A DNA stretch of 63,193 bases, counting the filler, from Octopus bimaculoides (taxonomy: Eukaryota), in the NCBI RefSeq assembly GCF_001194135.2. It is 7 parts of 6 records of this genome, joined end to end, with 100 filler letters (N's around TTAATTAATTAA, not from the genome) between each part and the next. Parts side by side here need not be neighbours in the genome. Positions count along the whole stretch, not along the records: positions 20,676 to 34,288 come from NC_068981.1; positions 34,389 to 46,055 come from NC_069002.1; 5 more parts are not named here. One strand, written 5' to 3'. Positions within the stretch are counted from its first letter, which is position 1. Every line of letters starts with the position of its first letter. The notes below the pieces were generated by a model that was given only the letters and a program-made list of their open reading frames with translations, was not told the origin of the DNA and did no database searches. Below are positions 25,152 to 37,499 of this stretch, piece after piece. The position numbers and the translations under genes are program-made.

Positions 25152-26860
25152 AATAATAATAATAATAAGACATGATGTGAATAATCTAAAATCTTGACTG
25201 AATGTTTTTAAAATGATAATCCCTTAGAAGAATACAAAGTGTAACCCTTACTATCAGCTGACATACCTAAATAAATAAGTTAATAATTATTAGGTAGAAA
25301 TATGTATATGTGTGTGTGTGTGTGTGTTTGGATATAAGGATAATATTTGAGGGAATGTGATAGAAAGCTTCATCGCTGAAATGCAAGTAGCAAAAATAAT
25401 CTTTTCTACTCTAGGCACAAAGCCAGAAATTTTTCGGGAGGGGCCTGTTTATTAGATCGACTGGTACTTATTTTATCAACCCCAAAAGGATGAAAGGCAA
25501 AGTTGACCCCGACAGCATTTAAATGCAGATCGTCAAGTCGGATGAAAAGCCGCTATTTTACCCGGTGTGGTAACGATTCTGCCAGCTCGCCGCCTTTATA
25601 TGTATTTTTCATTTTGTTTTTACTACTTATTGCCTTGTTGAGTCAAGTTTTAGACGAGTGTCTTTTCTTCTGATAAACTCATAGTCGCTAAGAAATCTTA
25701 AGTTGAGATGATCTTTGTTTGTCTTTAACAACCCAGAATCCTGATATTGAATAATTTGCGAAACTGCATCAGCCACAAAGGCCTCACTGAATAAATATAG
25801 TAAAAGGTAATATGGTTTCAAACTTTGGTACAAGGCCTGCAATTTCAGGGGAGGAGTAATTTGATTACATTGACCCCAGTGCTCAACTGGTACTTATTTT
25901 ATCGACCCCGAAAGGATGAAAGACAAGGTCGACTTCGGCGGAATTTGGACTCAGAACGCAAAGACGGGCGAAATGTCGCTAAACATTTTGCCCAGAGTGT
26001 TAACGATTCTGCCAGCTCACCGTCTTTATGATATATATTTTTTTATTTTGCTAAACGATTTTATTTTCATGTTTAAAAAGTTATCATTTTTATAGAAGTT
26101 CTTAATTTTCGGGGTGTGAATAGAAGATTTTTGTAATGCGCGATATATCAGAAAGATGTCTGATTATAGTTGGCTATTATGTTGAACCCACGAAATATTT
26201 TTGTTTGTGTGAAATAGAATAATAGAGAATAAATGTGAAATTAAGAGAAACTGATATTTTTTATGGACTTTAATAACGTTAATGGTAGAAAACAGATCAC
26301 CTTTGACGAAAAAAACAAAATCAAACTAATGTTTATTTATTATTATAAAGTTTTGTTCAAAATATTTTCATTACAATTTATCAATTTTTTTTTAATATTC
26401 ATAGAAGTAATTTCATGATAATAAAACTAATTTAAAACAATATTTGAAATTTAGTTATTGATAAATATTATAAATGTAATTTTTCAAAGATCTTGAATTT
26501 TACCAAACGTGACCTGGCTCTGCTATTAACCATTTATAATGAAATTGAAGTACGTTTTCTCTAATAATGTGTAGGAAATCTTTGAAAAAATACCCCCAAA
26601 GGTCTCAAGATGGGCCATGAGCTAAAAAGAAAAGGTTGGGAACTCCTTGTCAAGTCGTTAGAACGATCTAGAATGCAAATTGTGTATACTCGTGTACAAG
26701 TTGAATTTCTGAAGATTTATAAGGTTGAATTTGTGGAGTCGGTTATAATATGGATACTATATTTGAACGATCGAAATCCACTCAAAAATCCCAAAATACC
26801 GTATAAGTAACAGAAGTTCAAATGATGTCTAAATGAATAAAAAAAAAAAAAGATGCACAA

Positions 26861-26991
26861 TGGCGCAGACGTAGTTATGTAGTAAGAAGCTTGTGGGTTC
26901 AGTCCCACTGCGTGGCACCTTGGGCAAGTGCCTTCTACTATAATCTCGGGCCGACCAAAGACTTGTGAGTGGATTTCGTAGAAGCCCGCCG

Positions 26992-27042
<51 letters not shown>

Positions 27043-27255
27043 GCGTGTCTTTGTGTCTGTGTTTGTTAACCCACGCCACTCCTTGACAACCGGTGCTGGT
27101 GTGTTTACGTCCCCGTAACTTAGCGGTTCGGCATACCGATAGAATAAGTACCAGGCTTATAAAAAGTGAGTATTGGAGTCGATACATTCGACAAAAATTT
27201 TTCATGGCGGTGCCTCCAGCATGATCACTGAAACAAGTAAAAGATAAAAGATGAA
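26861..27255 (+). mobile_element. tRNA-derived SINE family B (CORE-like, internal microsatellite)
   Basis: B-box GGTTCAGTCCC, caccttgggcaagtg CORE-like block, central (TA/TG)n, 3' ttgacaaccggtgctggtgtgtttacgtcccc..gaaacaagtaaaaga repeats. Confidence 0.85.
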
Positions 27256-27994
27256 AGATAAATGAATTACAGTTATATCAATGATTTTAAGCATCAAAAG
27301 ACAAGGCCGTATTAAACAACAGCAACCATAAATTAGGGCACGTAGCTCTGATAAATACTTACATTTGCTTTTTTATTTGTATCCATCGCAATCAATTGAC
27401 TAGCTAAGTGATATCAATTTACAACCTCTAATTACTGTATAATATCACCTTCACATAATAAATATGCACAAGGCCACACTTGCTCGATGTTGGCGTATTA
27501 AATTTCACCCGCTCAGTGTGTTTCGCTGCACATTTTCTCCAGCTTCATTATTTTCAAATTCGTGATTAAAATCACAATCATTACAGGTACAGTATATCAG
27601 TGCTGTATTTTATATTTCTAATTAATTCAATGCAGCTTGAGGCTTTAAATACCAAAATTGATTTCAAGAAAAAAAAAGAAGAAAACTTGTAGAAACACAA
27701 CGTTACGCTCTACGCAAACGACAATCTCCTCCTAAAATGTTTTCTTCTTCATCACTGGATTAGGAACTCACAGTTTCTTTGTTGCATTTACATTTTTAAT
27801 GAATTCAATACAGCTCAGTCATAAAATATAAAACAACTATAAAAATAAATAATGATAGTAGAAACAAAAATGAAATAGTGGGCTATTATTTATGCATACA
27901 AAATGTGAAGTAGAAATTTAAAATAAAATAAAATTATAATTACATCGTACGTCTTAAACATTTGGAACACAAGAAGTTCATTAAAATCCTGCTA

Positions 27995-29001
27995 AATCAA
28001 GCACTTCATCATCAATAAAGCTTCGTCATCACCAAGATGAATGATGTCATCGTAAGGATCATCTTCATCTTCGCTGTCCATAGTTAGAGGCAGCTCTTTA
28101 TCCATGTCACCCCATCGATAACTGTCTCCTGCACCATTCAGTGCATTCGAAATACCTCTTTTTTTTCCGAGTGATTTAACAAGGCGGTGCCCAGTAAGGT
28201 CGCAGTCTAATGATTGGAACAAATAAAAGATAAAAGATAAATAATATCGGTTTCCCTGCCACTTCCATGAATCAATGATCTATTCCCAAATGAGAAACAG
28301 TGATGAAGCCCTCATAATTCCTCCTTTAATACATGTTTTTTCTTTCTATCAAGGATTCAGTTGTTCCGCTTGATTTCAATTACGTTCTTAAATGCTTTAT
28401 CGATACTAATATCTAATGATCGCAAAACTCTTGTTAAGTCCACTGGGAATATGTCAGTGTTTTGTAATCAGAAGTTATCAAGAATGTTTTTCCCTTGAGG
28501 TACCCTAAACTGGTCCCGGACGAGCAAATTCTTTCTCCTCCAGGTCGTAAGTTTCAAGTATACTTTACCCATTTTCTCCATCTACCCTCATCCATCAAGC
28601 CTTGAGGACGCACATGGGTGACAATTTCTTTTAGAAAATTCTCTCAGTCATAGCATCTCATGAACCTAGTGCACTATCCAGTACCTGTTTTAAAATTCGA
28701 TATGAAATCTTAGGTTGCTTCCCTTCGAACATGGACTCCGAGGGCTGCACGAATACCAATTTTTGTTTTGACTATTTTCGAGTACACATTATGCAATTTT
28801 CTTTCTTTAGTTGTGGTCACTTGCTTGGTTTATCTTTGTTAACACATTTTATTTTTTGATATTCTTTGCAGTTTATTCGATATTTTTCACCAGTCATTCA
28901 CTAGTTTCTCTTAAATACAAAATTCTTTTGCTACAAAATAGTCGTCTTCTCAGCAACTTCAGTAACTTAGAGTTTTAAAGCTGATGTATTATCTTAGGCA
29001 T
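27995..29001 (-). mobile_element. pogo/Tigger-family transposase remnant, internally deleted
   Basis: ATG at 29001 followed by HTH-like TSALKL*VTEVAEK, EKLVNDW; DDE pieces GLMDEG..RPGG, NLLVRDQFR, IPSGLTRVLRSLDISIDKAFK, KGGIMRASS..IIDSWK; acidic tail KKRGISNALNG..DSEDEDDPYDD. Confidence 0.75.
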
Positions 29002-29705
29002 TTTTACACAAAATGACGGCTAATGTTGAAGCCTCTTTAAATGTTAAAACTCTTTTAAAACAATGCAAAGAGACGTTTATGAACCAACTTCGCTTGTTCG
29101 ATAATGAACTTTTAAGAAATCTATAACCTAACGTTTTCGAGAATTGTACATAAAAACACACTGCTCAAAAGCTACCCTTGGTTCGCAATTGTGAAGAACT
29201 GGGATCCACTTTTATATGAGATAACTGGAAAATTCCAATTTTTTTCGGCTAAAAATATAGTGTCGACTTTTACTCTGATAAACATGATATCGATAAGAAT
29301 TATGTGTCAACTATTCATCGAAAATGAAGTAAATATTTCGAAAATTAGACAGCACTTTATCAATAAACATTTATGTGTCTATTGCTAAGAACATGGATAA
29401 ATTTTATGGTAGGTAATTAAATCGATCTAAGTATATTACTGTACCTATTCTATAAACCCTGTAGGAATAAACAGAAAAATTGATTCGCAACAGGATTTGA
29501 ACTCAGAACTTGGACCAATGTTAGAAATTGTTATATATGGAGATGTATGAGTGTGTGGATGTATTAGTGCTTTGCGTGTGTTTGTTCGTGCGTGCGTGTG
29601 ATGTGTGAGTGTGTAAAAAGAGACTGTGCGTGTCCGAGTGTGTAAGAATATTTGAATATAATTAGTATAGAATATTCTATAGTAATTCAGGAGAGAGAGA
29701 GAGGG

Positions 29706-29765
<60 letters not shown>

Positions 29766-31629
29766 TACTGTTGCTAGAACACATAATTCCGATACTTTAG
29801 GATCACTATAAATGATTGTAATTTGTTCTGACCTCTTCATAATGGAGAAATCAATTTGTCTTTCGTATTGATTAATTCATTGATTGCTCCCATAAGGAAT
29901 TCCCTAGATGTAATTTTTTTCTTTTGCTTTGTCTTTGATAAAAAATAATATTATTGGTGGTATGTATGGTGGAAGGCGGGGGTCCTTGATGGAATTTAAA
30001 GTCTGTTATTTCGGGTCGATCAAGGAAGGGATCGCCAGTTTCTTTTTTATTTTATCAGGTCGACACTATAGACCATCGCTGCATTGCAGTTATGCATATT
30101 TATGGTCGAGCTAATGAGGGAACATCTATGTGCTGGAAATGACAGCTAAGTCCCTCGGAAATAACACCCTACTGTCTTTAAAAAAGGCACTATACACTGA
30201 ATAGGGTAGTCTTAGGTACAGTATGACTGGGGTAAAAGACGTGATGGTCACGACTGAAACGTTTTTATTTATTGGTCTACTGGATCATGGCTGATCTCGG
30301 ATTAAACAATAACTTATTTAAGTTAGGAATCTCTACGCAATCACTCGACCAGGTACAACCAGCTACCAAATTTCCCCTCAAACAGAACTCTTCACTTTTT
30401 TTAAAGGACACATTGGATTATTTAATAATGTTAGATATGTCACGACTGAAAAAGAAAACTGGATGGTCACGGTTGAAAGTCTTTGATCATGGGTGTAATG
30501 GATTAGGGTTGGCCTGTAACTAAACAACAACCCTTTTATGAGGAAGACTTAAGAACAATTTCAGAACTGAAATCTTGAAGACATCGTTCTGGCAACTCTT
30601 GTAGCTATACTATTTACTGTTCCAAACATGATCGTCCCTTCATTTTACATTCCAAAGGCTACATTAGTGAATGTATCCTTCCGATTTAAAGGGTGTGGTC
30701 TGACTGCTGTTTCAGGCTTGTCAAGCAACCACAAAAACATTCCTTCGTTTTACAATGCTATAGCATTGTAAAATTGACGAGTGCTTCTCGCGGTGAGTTC
30801 AACTGCACTTCAAGAAGGATGAGGTGGGCTCTGCCTAATTGGCTTACTTTAAATATTTATTCTGTGTAAAAACAAAACCTCCTGTGAAACCCCTTTGACT
30901 CTAAAGGATAATGACACAACCTAGAACCATCGTAAATAATTGAGCCAACTAGAGGGAGTCTCTGTTGTTGTTTCGCTCGCTAGAGATAGATACCAAATAT
31001 CCCGTGAGCCATACACTCTACAAAATTTAGAAAAAGGAACATACCACACTTAGAGATTTTCTTTTTTTATTTTCACAGCTTAGTTAGAGAGGGAAGAACA
31101 GTAGCGATAACCTTTCATTTTTTTCTCAGAGCCTCCAAAACTAGTGTGATATTAGGAGGAAGTTACCTTCAACTTGGACACTTGGTTCGAATACTTTAAA
31201 CAGAGTAAACTCTACTAAAGTTACCAAGGTTGGTACCTTTATGCCGGGAGGCGAATTGTCTATCACCCCAATTTAGGACACTATGTTGTAAAATAGGATG
31301 GGATGATCATGACTGGAACACCTTCGATCGTAGATCTGTTTACCAGAGCTGGAACGGGACTAAACATGTTGTCTGAGAAAGACAGATGTGTTACTCGTGG
31401 TACCCTACATAGAGATGAAGCCTTTCGATATGTAGTGTCATTCACGAACATTCTCGAGATTTTACACCACCATCGCCACTGTCACAATTACCAAGGAGCC
31501 TGCATGGAAGCCACGGATGTCGTTGCTTGATTTGAGAGTAGAAACATTGAATTAGATTTTTTTTTTCATTAGTTTGGTCTAGGCGAAGAGGTTGTGCTTG
31601 TGGACATCTAGAGACCCTCAGAAACCACT

Positions 31630-31940
31630 GAGATTAATACCGTGAACGTTCCACTTATTCTGGCTCAAGTTGAAGGCTGCATGAAAATCGTATGCAGAGA
31701 AAGAGAATTCTAGATGACCAGCGTACTGGAAAGTAAGAGCCAGACTTAGGGATCGGTATCGAGTTTGATGGTATGAGGAGGCTGGACACAATATGGTGAC
31801 AAGAAGAAGAGAGACGAAAGAGTCGGGAGTGCTTGATTGGGGGTGAAATGAAGTAATTTTTAAATATAGTAGGCATGAATGTCCTGGATATGACTTTAAA
31901 TTGCATCAAGTAGTGAGGACCTGTTTCGGGAGATTTAGGG
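31630..31940 (-). mobile_element. Degenerate CR1/L2-type LINE 3' fragment
   Basis: SYFP..I*NSL..FNLSQNKWNV resembles the SFFPRTxxLWNSLP...FKxxV terminus. Confidence 0.4.
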
Positions 31941-33641
31941 GTTTCCCACTATTGTTTTCGGTTCTGTTCTGACTCGGAGTAGTAGCACCTGTCAGATGAG
32001 ACTCTTCAGCTATTTAGCTGCTCAGCTAAGACATGATAACTCCACACAAATCCTGCATCCTGATGACTGTTGGGATCGTGGCACTTGTTGCACCAGACAA
32101 ACACAAGTTTGAAGGATGAGACAGTGAAACTGGCTTTGCACAAACTATGCCCAGTTTAATGATATTTATCAAGCAAGTTGTTCAGCAAAGCAAGACACCA
32201 TCACCAACTCCGTCACACTTCTTTCATAAGTTCAGTGGCAATAGGGAAAGAGACGATGGGGACAGATCGAGGATGCTACTGGAAGTCTTCATCATTGGTC
32301 CTGTACACAGGTAGCCATAGGACGATGGTCGTTTTCTACAGACATGGAGCACGTTGATTTCGTACCCTCCCAAGGACACGATAAAACATTAAACTAGGAA
32401 CACTGCGCAGCTGTATCTTGCTGAACTCTTGAATGGAAGGCCTTTTGATCATTAGTCTGCTGGATCAGGGTTGGCCCGAGCTTTAACGACAACAATTTTG
32501 ACAGCGATTTGTTGTCGACTTAAATGAAGAGTTATAGAAATGATTGAACTAATATTTCTAAATGTTATGATCATTGTGATTATTTGATAAAGTAAGCGGA
32601 GAGAAATATAGCTGTAGGAAATAGACGTCGTAAGATCTTAGTTTCTTGTATTAGATCAACATTGAAGCGATGATTGATTTTGAACATAAATAGATTAAGA
32701 AATAACCTATCTAAGCGGTGAATTGATAGTTGTTAGAGCGTCAGATAAAAATACCTTACGGTATATGTATTCCAGCGCTCCTAGTTCAAATTTCACTGAA
32801 GTCAATTTTGCCTTTCATCTTTTAAAGGGGTCAGAAAATAAAATACTTACGAAGTCGATTCTTCCCTCTTTTCTTTTTTCGGAAATAGATAGTTTGCTCC
32901 GTACAGCGCCCCTTTGTCCAGAAATATAGTAGGATTGAGAGCGTGACTAGAAATCTATTCTCAGAGAACAAAAAAAAAAAGACATGCTACTGAAATCGTC
33001 CAAGAATTAACCGATATTCAGTTCAACACTGAAGGGACATAAAAAAAGAATAACCTTTCTGGAAGCACAGTTTAAGTGTTTACTTTTGAAGTATAACAGG
33101 TGTAGAGGATGGTGGGGTTGTGGTAGTGATGAATGTGAGGTGGTTGCTTATACCACATTCTTGGTAACGATATGTGTTAATTGCTCTCTGTGTATATTCG
33201 TTTACCTACATAGTTAGGTAAGGAAAAATTCTTTGCTTGTTAAAACTTGAATATGAAGACTACATTGCAAATGAAAGATGTCAACCGTCTATTTTGAGCA
33301 CGATATAGGTGACACAAAGCTAAACAACACTTCTGTATTATAAGGAGCAAATGGGGGAGTCACTGTGTCTAATCGACCTGCTGAAGTTAGCCACCAAATC
33401 TTTCTTAAGTGGGGGTATACATTGGATAAAGTGGTCTTTGATACGCTTGGTTATTACATTTCAACACAATAGATATTTTACATTTTGATAGTACAACAAC
33501 GTAATAGAAATGCTTCTATACCATCACTAATAAATGTCTCGGAGCTTGACTTCCGGTCTCATGGCGTGAAGCTGATGAGAGATAAATTTTCTTCTGGATG
33601 TGACACCGGTCTACTGCGGGTATCAACCTCTGAATGTTATC

Positions 33642-34288
33642 GGATCTTTGGGGTTTGACGGGCAACATTTATTTTCTTAACGAAACACTTTCAAACTTGG
33701 GACACTGATAGAATGTTTCATATTAAACAACTTCTTCTCTTAACCTTCTTAACAAACTTTTGTACTTTGCAAGTTATTTCATGTTAAAGTTGTCGTATTT
33801 CTGTAATTTCAACCAATCACTGACGTCTATTCAGCTGAATACAGTTACCGCTGGCCGGTCATAAAAATGTTATTCCTTGTGACATATTTCATCCGGTTTA
33901 ATCGTAATTTATACGCATATATTGTGTTGTATTTCCCTCGGAAGACTCGCAGAGATAACACAACGAGTTATACAAATTTAATTATTACATTTATTATTCA
34001 ATTACATACAAAGAACGCACTCACCCAATGTTCGTTATGAATAAACAAAAGTCATGTCCGCCATATATATATCAATGACATTTTACTACGACAGTCACAC
34101 AAGACAACAACAATGAAACAATGAACTCAGAGGAACCACAGTGACACACGGAACGTCAGACGAATTACATATCTAACAGTCCATATAACATATTGTTTAT
34201 ATAATAAATTACGCTGTGCGTATCTGTGTGTGTAACAATTTTAGAGTTTGGATTCTAGAGTTAGGGTTAGTTTTAGGGTTACGGTTAG
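33642..34288. mobile_element. Second, diverged member of the GG-TIR family; right end not seen before the gap
   Basis: Starts ggatcttt; about 190 bp align with 51395-51590 (aacgaaacacttt.aaacttgg..., gttaaagttgtcgtatttctgtaatttcaaccaatcactgacgtc); the interior then differs. Confidence 0.65.
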
Positions 34289-34388
34289 NNNNNNNNNNNN
34301 NNNNNNNNNNNNNNNNNNNNNNNNNNNNNNNNTTAATTAATTAANNNNNNNNNNNNNNNNNNNNNNNNNNNNNNNNNNNNNNNNNNNN

Positions 34389-34625
34389 TGCGGGTGGCAC
34401 ATAAAAGACACCATTTCGAGCGTGGCCGTTTTCGTGCGGGTGACACGTAAAAGCACCCACTACACTCTCTGAGTGGTTGGCGTTAGGAAGGGCATCCAGC
34501 TGTAGAAACTCTGCCAAATTAGATTGGAGCCTGGTGTTGCCATCCGGTTTCACCAGTCCTCAGTCAAATCGTCCAACCCATGCTAGCATGGAAAGCGGAC
34601 ATTAAACGATGATGATGATGATGAT
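34389..34625 (+). mobile_element. RTE-type 3' tail (LINE end or RTE-tailed SINE)
   Basis: ggttggcgttaggaagggcatccagctgtagaaac..tccaacccatgctagcatggaa..cggacattaaac(GAT)n. Related copies: 35268-35500(-), 43255-43370(+), 48890-49270(-), 57284-57510(-). Confidence 0.75.
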
Positions 34626-34987
34626 ATATACCCCACCTGTCCTCGTCTGTTGTTTCTTTCGTAAATTCTTCCATATATATATATATACTCTCTCTTACAA
34701 TGTATGTATGATTTATGTATTCTCATTATTGAAATTTAACCACATAAGTAGTTTAAACTCAGTTTGTAATCTGGTTATTCCAGCATAATTTGCACAAACA
34801 ACAAATGAAAAATGTTAAAAAGGTAAGATTGATCAGTCCATTGACTTAATATTTGTACCAACTGTCAGAGATATGTGAAAGGAACTTAACAGTAAAAAAG
34901 AAATATTAGAAATTCAGTATTACAAAAATGTATGATGAATGATCAAAAATATATAATAAATGATCATCTTTATTTGAATATTTGCAG

Positions 34988-35071
34988 AATTTCTACCTGA
35001 TTGACCCTTATTTGGTAAGCTTCCTTCTACTGCTCATGAGTCGACGCCTTGTTTGGTGTTTTGTGCAAGAG
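34988..35071 (+). CDS. TMEM39: TMEM39 internal exon (84 nt, phase 0-0): NFYLIDPYLVSFLLLLMSRRLVWCFVQE
   Basis: Acceptor tatttgcag| and donor GAG|gtaagt; 28 open codons resembling human TMEM39A [28 protein letters not shown] (recalled). Too short to appear in the ORF track. Confidence 0.9.
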
Positions 35072-35535
35072 GTAAGTTGATTTTTAACATAAAAGAGAAA
35101 CAGATTTCTTGCACTTTAATTAAATTTATTTGGTAACTAATATTGTTGTAAACTTTTGTAATTAGGTTTATTTTTCTTATTCTGAAAGTTATTGTAGTCA
35201 CTTTGATAAAACTCATTGTTTTACATAAAGTTATTTAAGCATCCTCTTCATCTAGAATCTTCTTAATGATGATCATCCTCATTGTGTCTATTTTCCATGT
35301 TGGTATGAATTAGACAGGTCGTCTTTGACCAAGTCAGCTTCTACTGGAAGTTGCTGCTTCCAAAGATTATTTGCACGTGTCATTTGCCTTCGTTTCTATG
35401 ACAGGATGATCTTCCTATCACCAACCATTTTGCAGAGAGAACTGGATGCATTTTTTTCCAATGACACCAATACTGAAGAGGTTGAATAAGGGAGACTAAA
35501 ACCTTATGCATTTGCTGCTCAGAAATCTTTTTTTT

Positions 35536-35696
35536 ATATATGTGGCTGTGTAGTAAGAAGCTTGCTTTCCAACCACTTGGTTCCAGGTTCAGTCGCACTG
35601 TATGACACCTTGGGCAAGTGCTGCCTACTATAGCCTCGGGCTGACCAAAGCCTTGTGAGTGGATTTGGTAGATGGAAACTGAAAGAAGCCCATTGA

Positions 35697-35728
<32 letters not shown>

Positions 35729-35944
35729 ATGTCTTTATGTCTGTGTTTGTCCCTCCACCACCACTTGACAACCAGTGTTGGTGTGTTTACATCCCTGTAA
35801 CTTAGCAGTTTAGCAAAAGAGATCGATAAAGTACTAGGCTTAAAAAATAAGTCCTGGGGTTGATTTGTTTGACTAAAACCCATCGAGCTGGTGTCTCAGC
35901 ATGGCCATAGTCAAATGACTGAAACAAGTAAAAGAGTAAAAGAT
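35536..35944 (+). mobile_element. SINE family B, in the TMEM39 intron
   Basis: Complete head, CORE-like block, microsatellite and tail. Other pieces: 11185-11345(-), 40975-41105(-), 42955-43085(+), 43970-44120(+), 54290-54540(-), 61758-61860(-), 62716-62950(-). Confidence 0.85.
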
Positions 35945-37499
35945 TAATGTTACATTGTTCATACCATTCATTTTTTTACTTTATGTTGATTAATGATGTT
36001 TTCAGTTTTCTAGTTAATTGAAGTTGGCTCTAAATTTATGCTTTTTTTTTTTTTTTTTTAATTAAAGTCACAGATATTTGAATTAGTGGGTTTTCAATTA
36101 GCTCCAATCTCAAGCATGAAGCATATGCATTTTTTCATACATCCAAAAGGCCTGTATTGATAGACGACATACAATTAAAATAGTGTCCTCGTTATCTCTG
36201 CCCTCTACCACCATGACTCATGTCAGTTGTCAAGATCCAGATGTGATCAGTAATTATAATAAAGTGTATTTGTTCTAAAATATTTAAAGTCTCCTACTTT
36301 TGACTGAAAACTAATTTGTTATACATGTTCAGTCTACACTAATAAAGCAAATATTTATATTATTTAGGACAGGGGTTGGCAGAATTAGTAATATTTAATT
36401 ATTTAGGATGGTAGATTTACAGACATAGGACAAGATGCATTGCAATATTTAGTTGCATAAGGCGGTGAGCTGGCAGAATTGTTAGCCCACTGGGCAAAAT
36501 GCTTAGTGGCATTTTGTTCATCTTTACGTTCTGAGTTCAAATTCCGCATCCTTTAAAGGTCAATAAAATAAGTACCAGTTGAGTACTAGGGCTGATGTAA
36601 TCAACTTAACCCCTCCCCTCGAAATTGCTAGCCTTGTGCCAAAATTCGAAATCCATATTTTATTGCATTCTTTTCTGAGGTTGCCTTGATCTTGTATCCT
36701 TTTATGGTTAATAGAAAACAATACCAGTCAAATATTAGGGTCTATGTAATTAACTATGCCCCTCCTCCAAAATATGTGACCTTGTGCCTTAGTTAAAAAC
36801 CAGGCTGGTTGGTATAAAATGGGTTAAAAGGACAACTTATCGGGCATGATTAAAATAACCACCCTATTTTATTATCAAGTTAGAGTATTTAACTTGCTCT
36901 TTGTTTCCCCCTCCTTCATGATCTTTTGCTTATTTAAATTTCTCCTCTAATGATTGTCTTCTGTTAGTCCCCAAGAGACATGAGGTCTAATTATTCTTGA
37001 TGTGCCCATCTTTATCTACCCCCGGGAGTCTAGCTCATTTCTCCTCAATTGGTAGCAATCCTTTGCCTCCACTTTCTGTGTCTGTACTCAACTTACCACC
37101 TTATTTACAGCCACTAGGTCCCTGCTAACCATAATGACAGTCATAGCAATGTCACATTACAACAGTTACTCATCATTGCATTAGAGCATTTGGAATTAAA
37201 CTCTATTTACTTTACTTTATTGCCTGACCTTATTTGTGGATTAAATTTGTGCAGCGCCTGATGCAGCATATGGAATAAATAATAAATGGAATGAATAAAT
37301 AATGAAATGTTTGAAATGAATAATAAATGAAAAATTGAAACTTTAAAGAAAGGAAAAAATTAATGATGCTTGTAAATCTACCATCTGCTGGCCAAGTATG
37401 GGCCAACTTCTCTTATTCTTCACTGGTACAGTTGCAGCCAAACTGTGATTAACAAAGAACCAAGTAGTTTTTCTGCAGAAGACAGGCTTCCTTCTATAG

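Noticed and set aside
29962-29985. MYGGRRGS resembles the TMEM39 N-terminus MPGGRRGP
   Set aside because: Similarity stops after 8 codons, no suitable donor follows, and it lies in a different assembly block among repeats.
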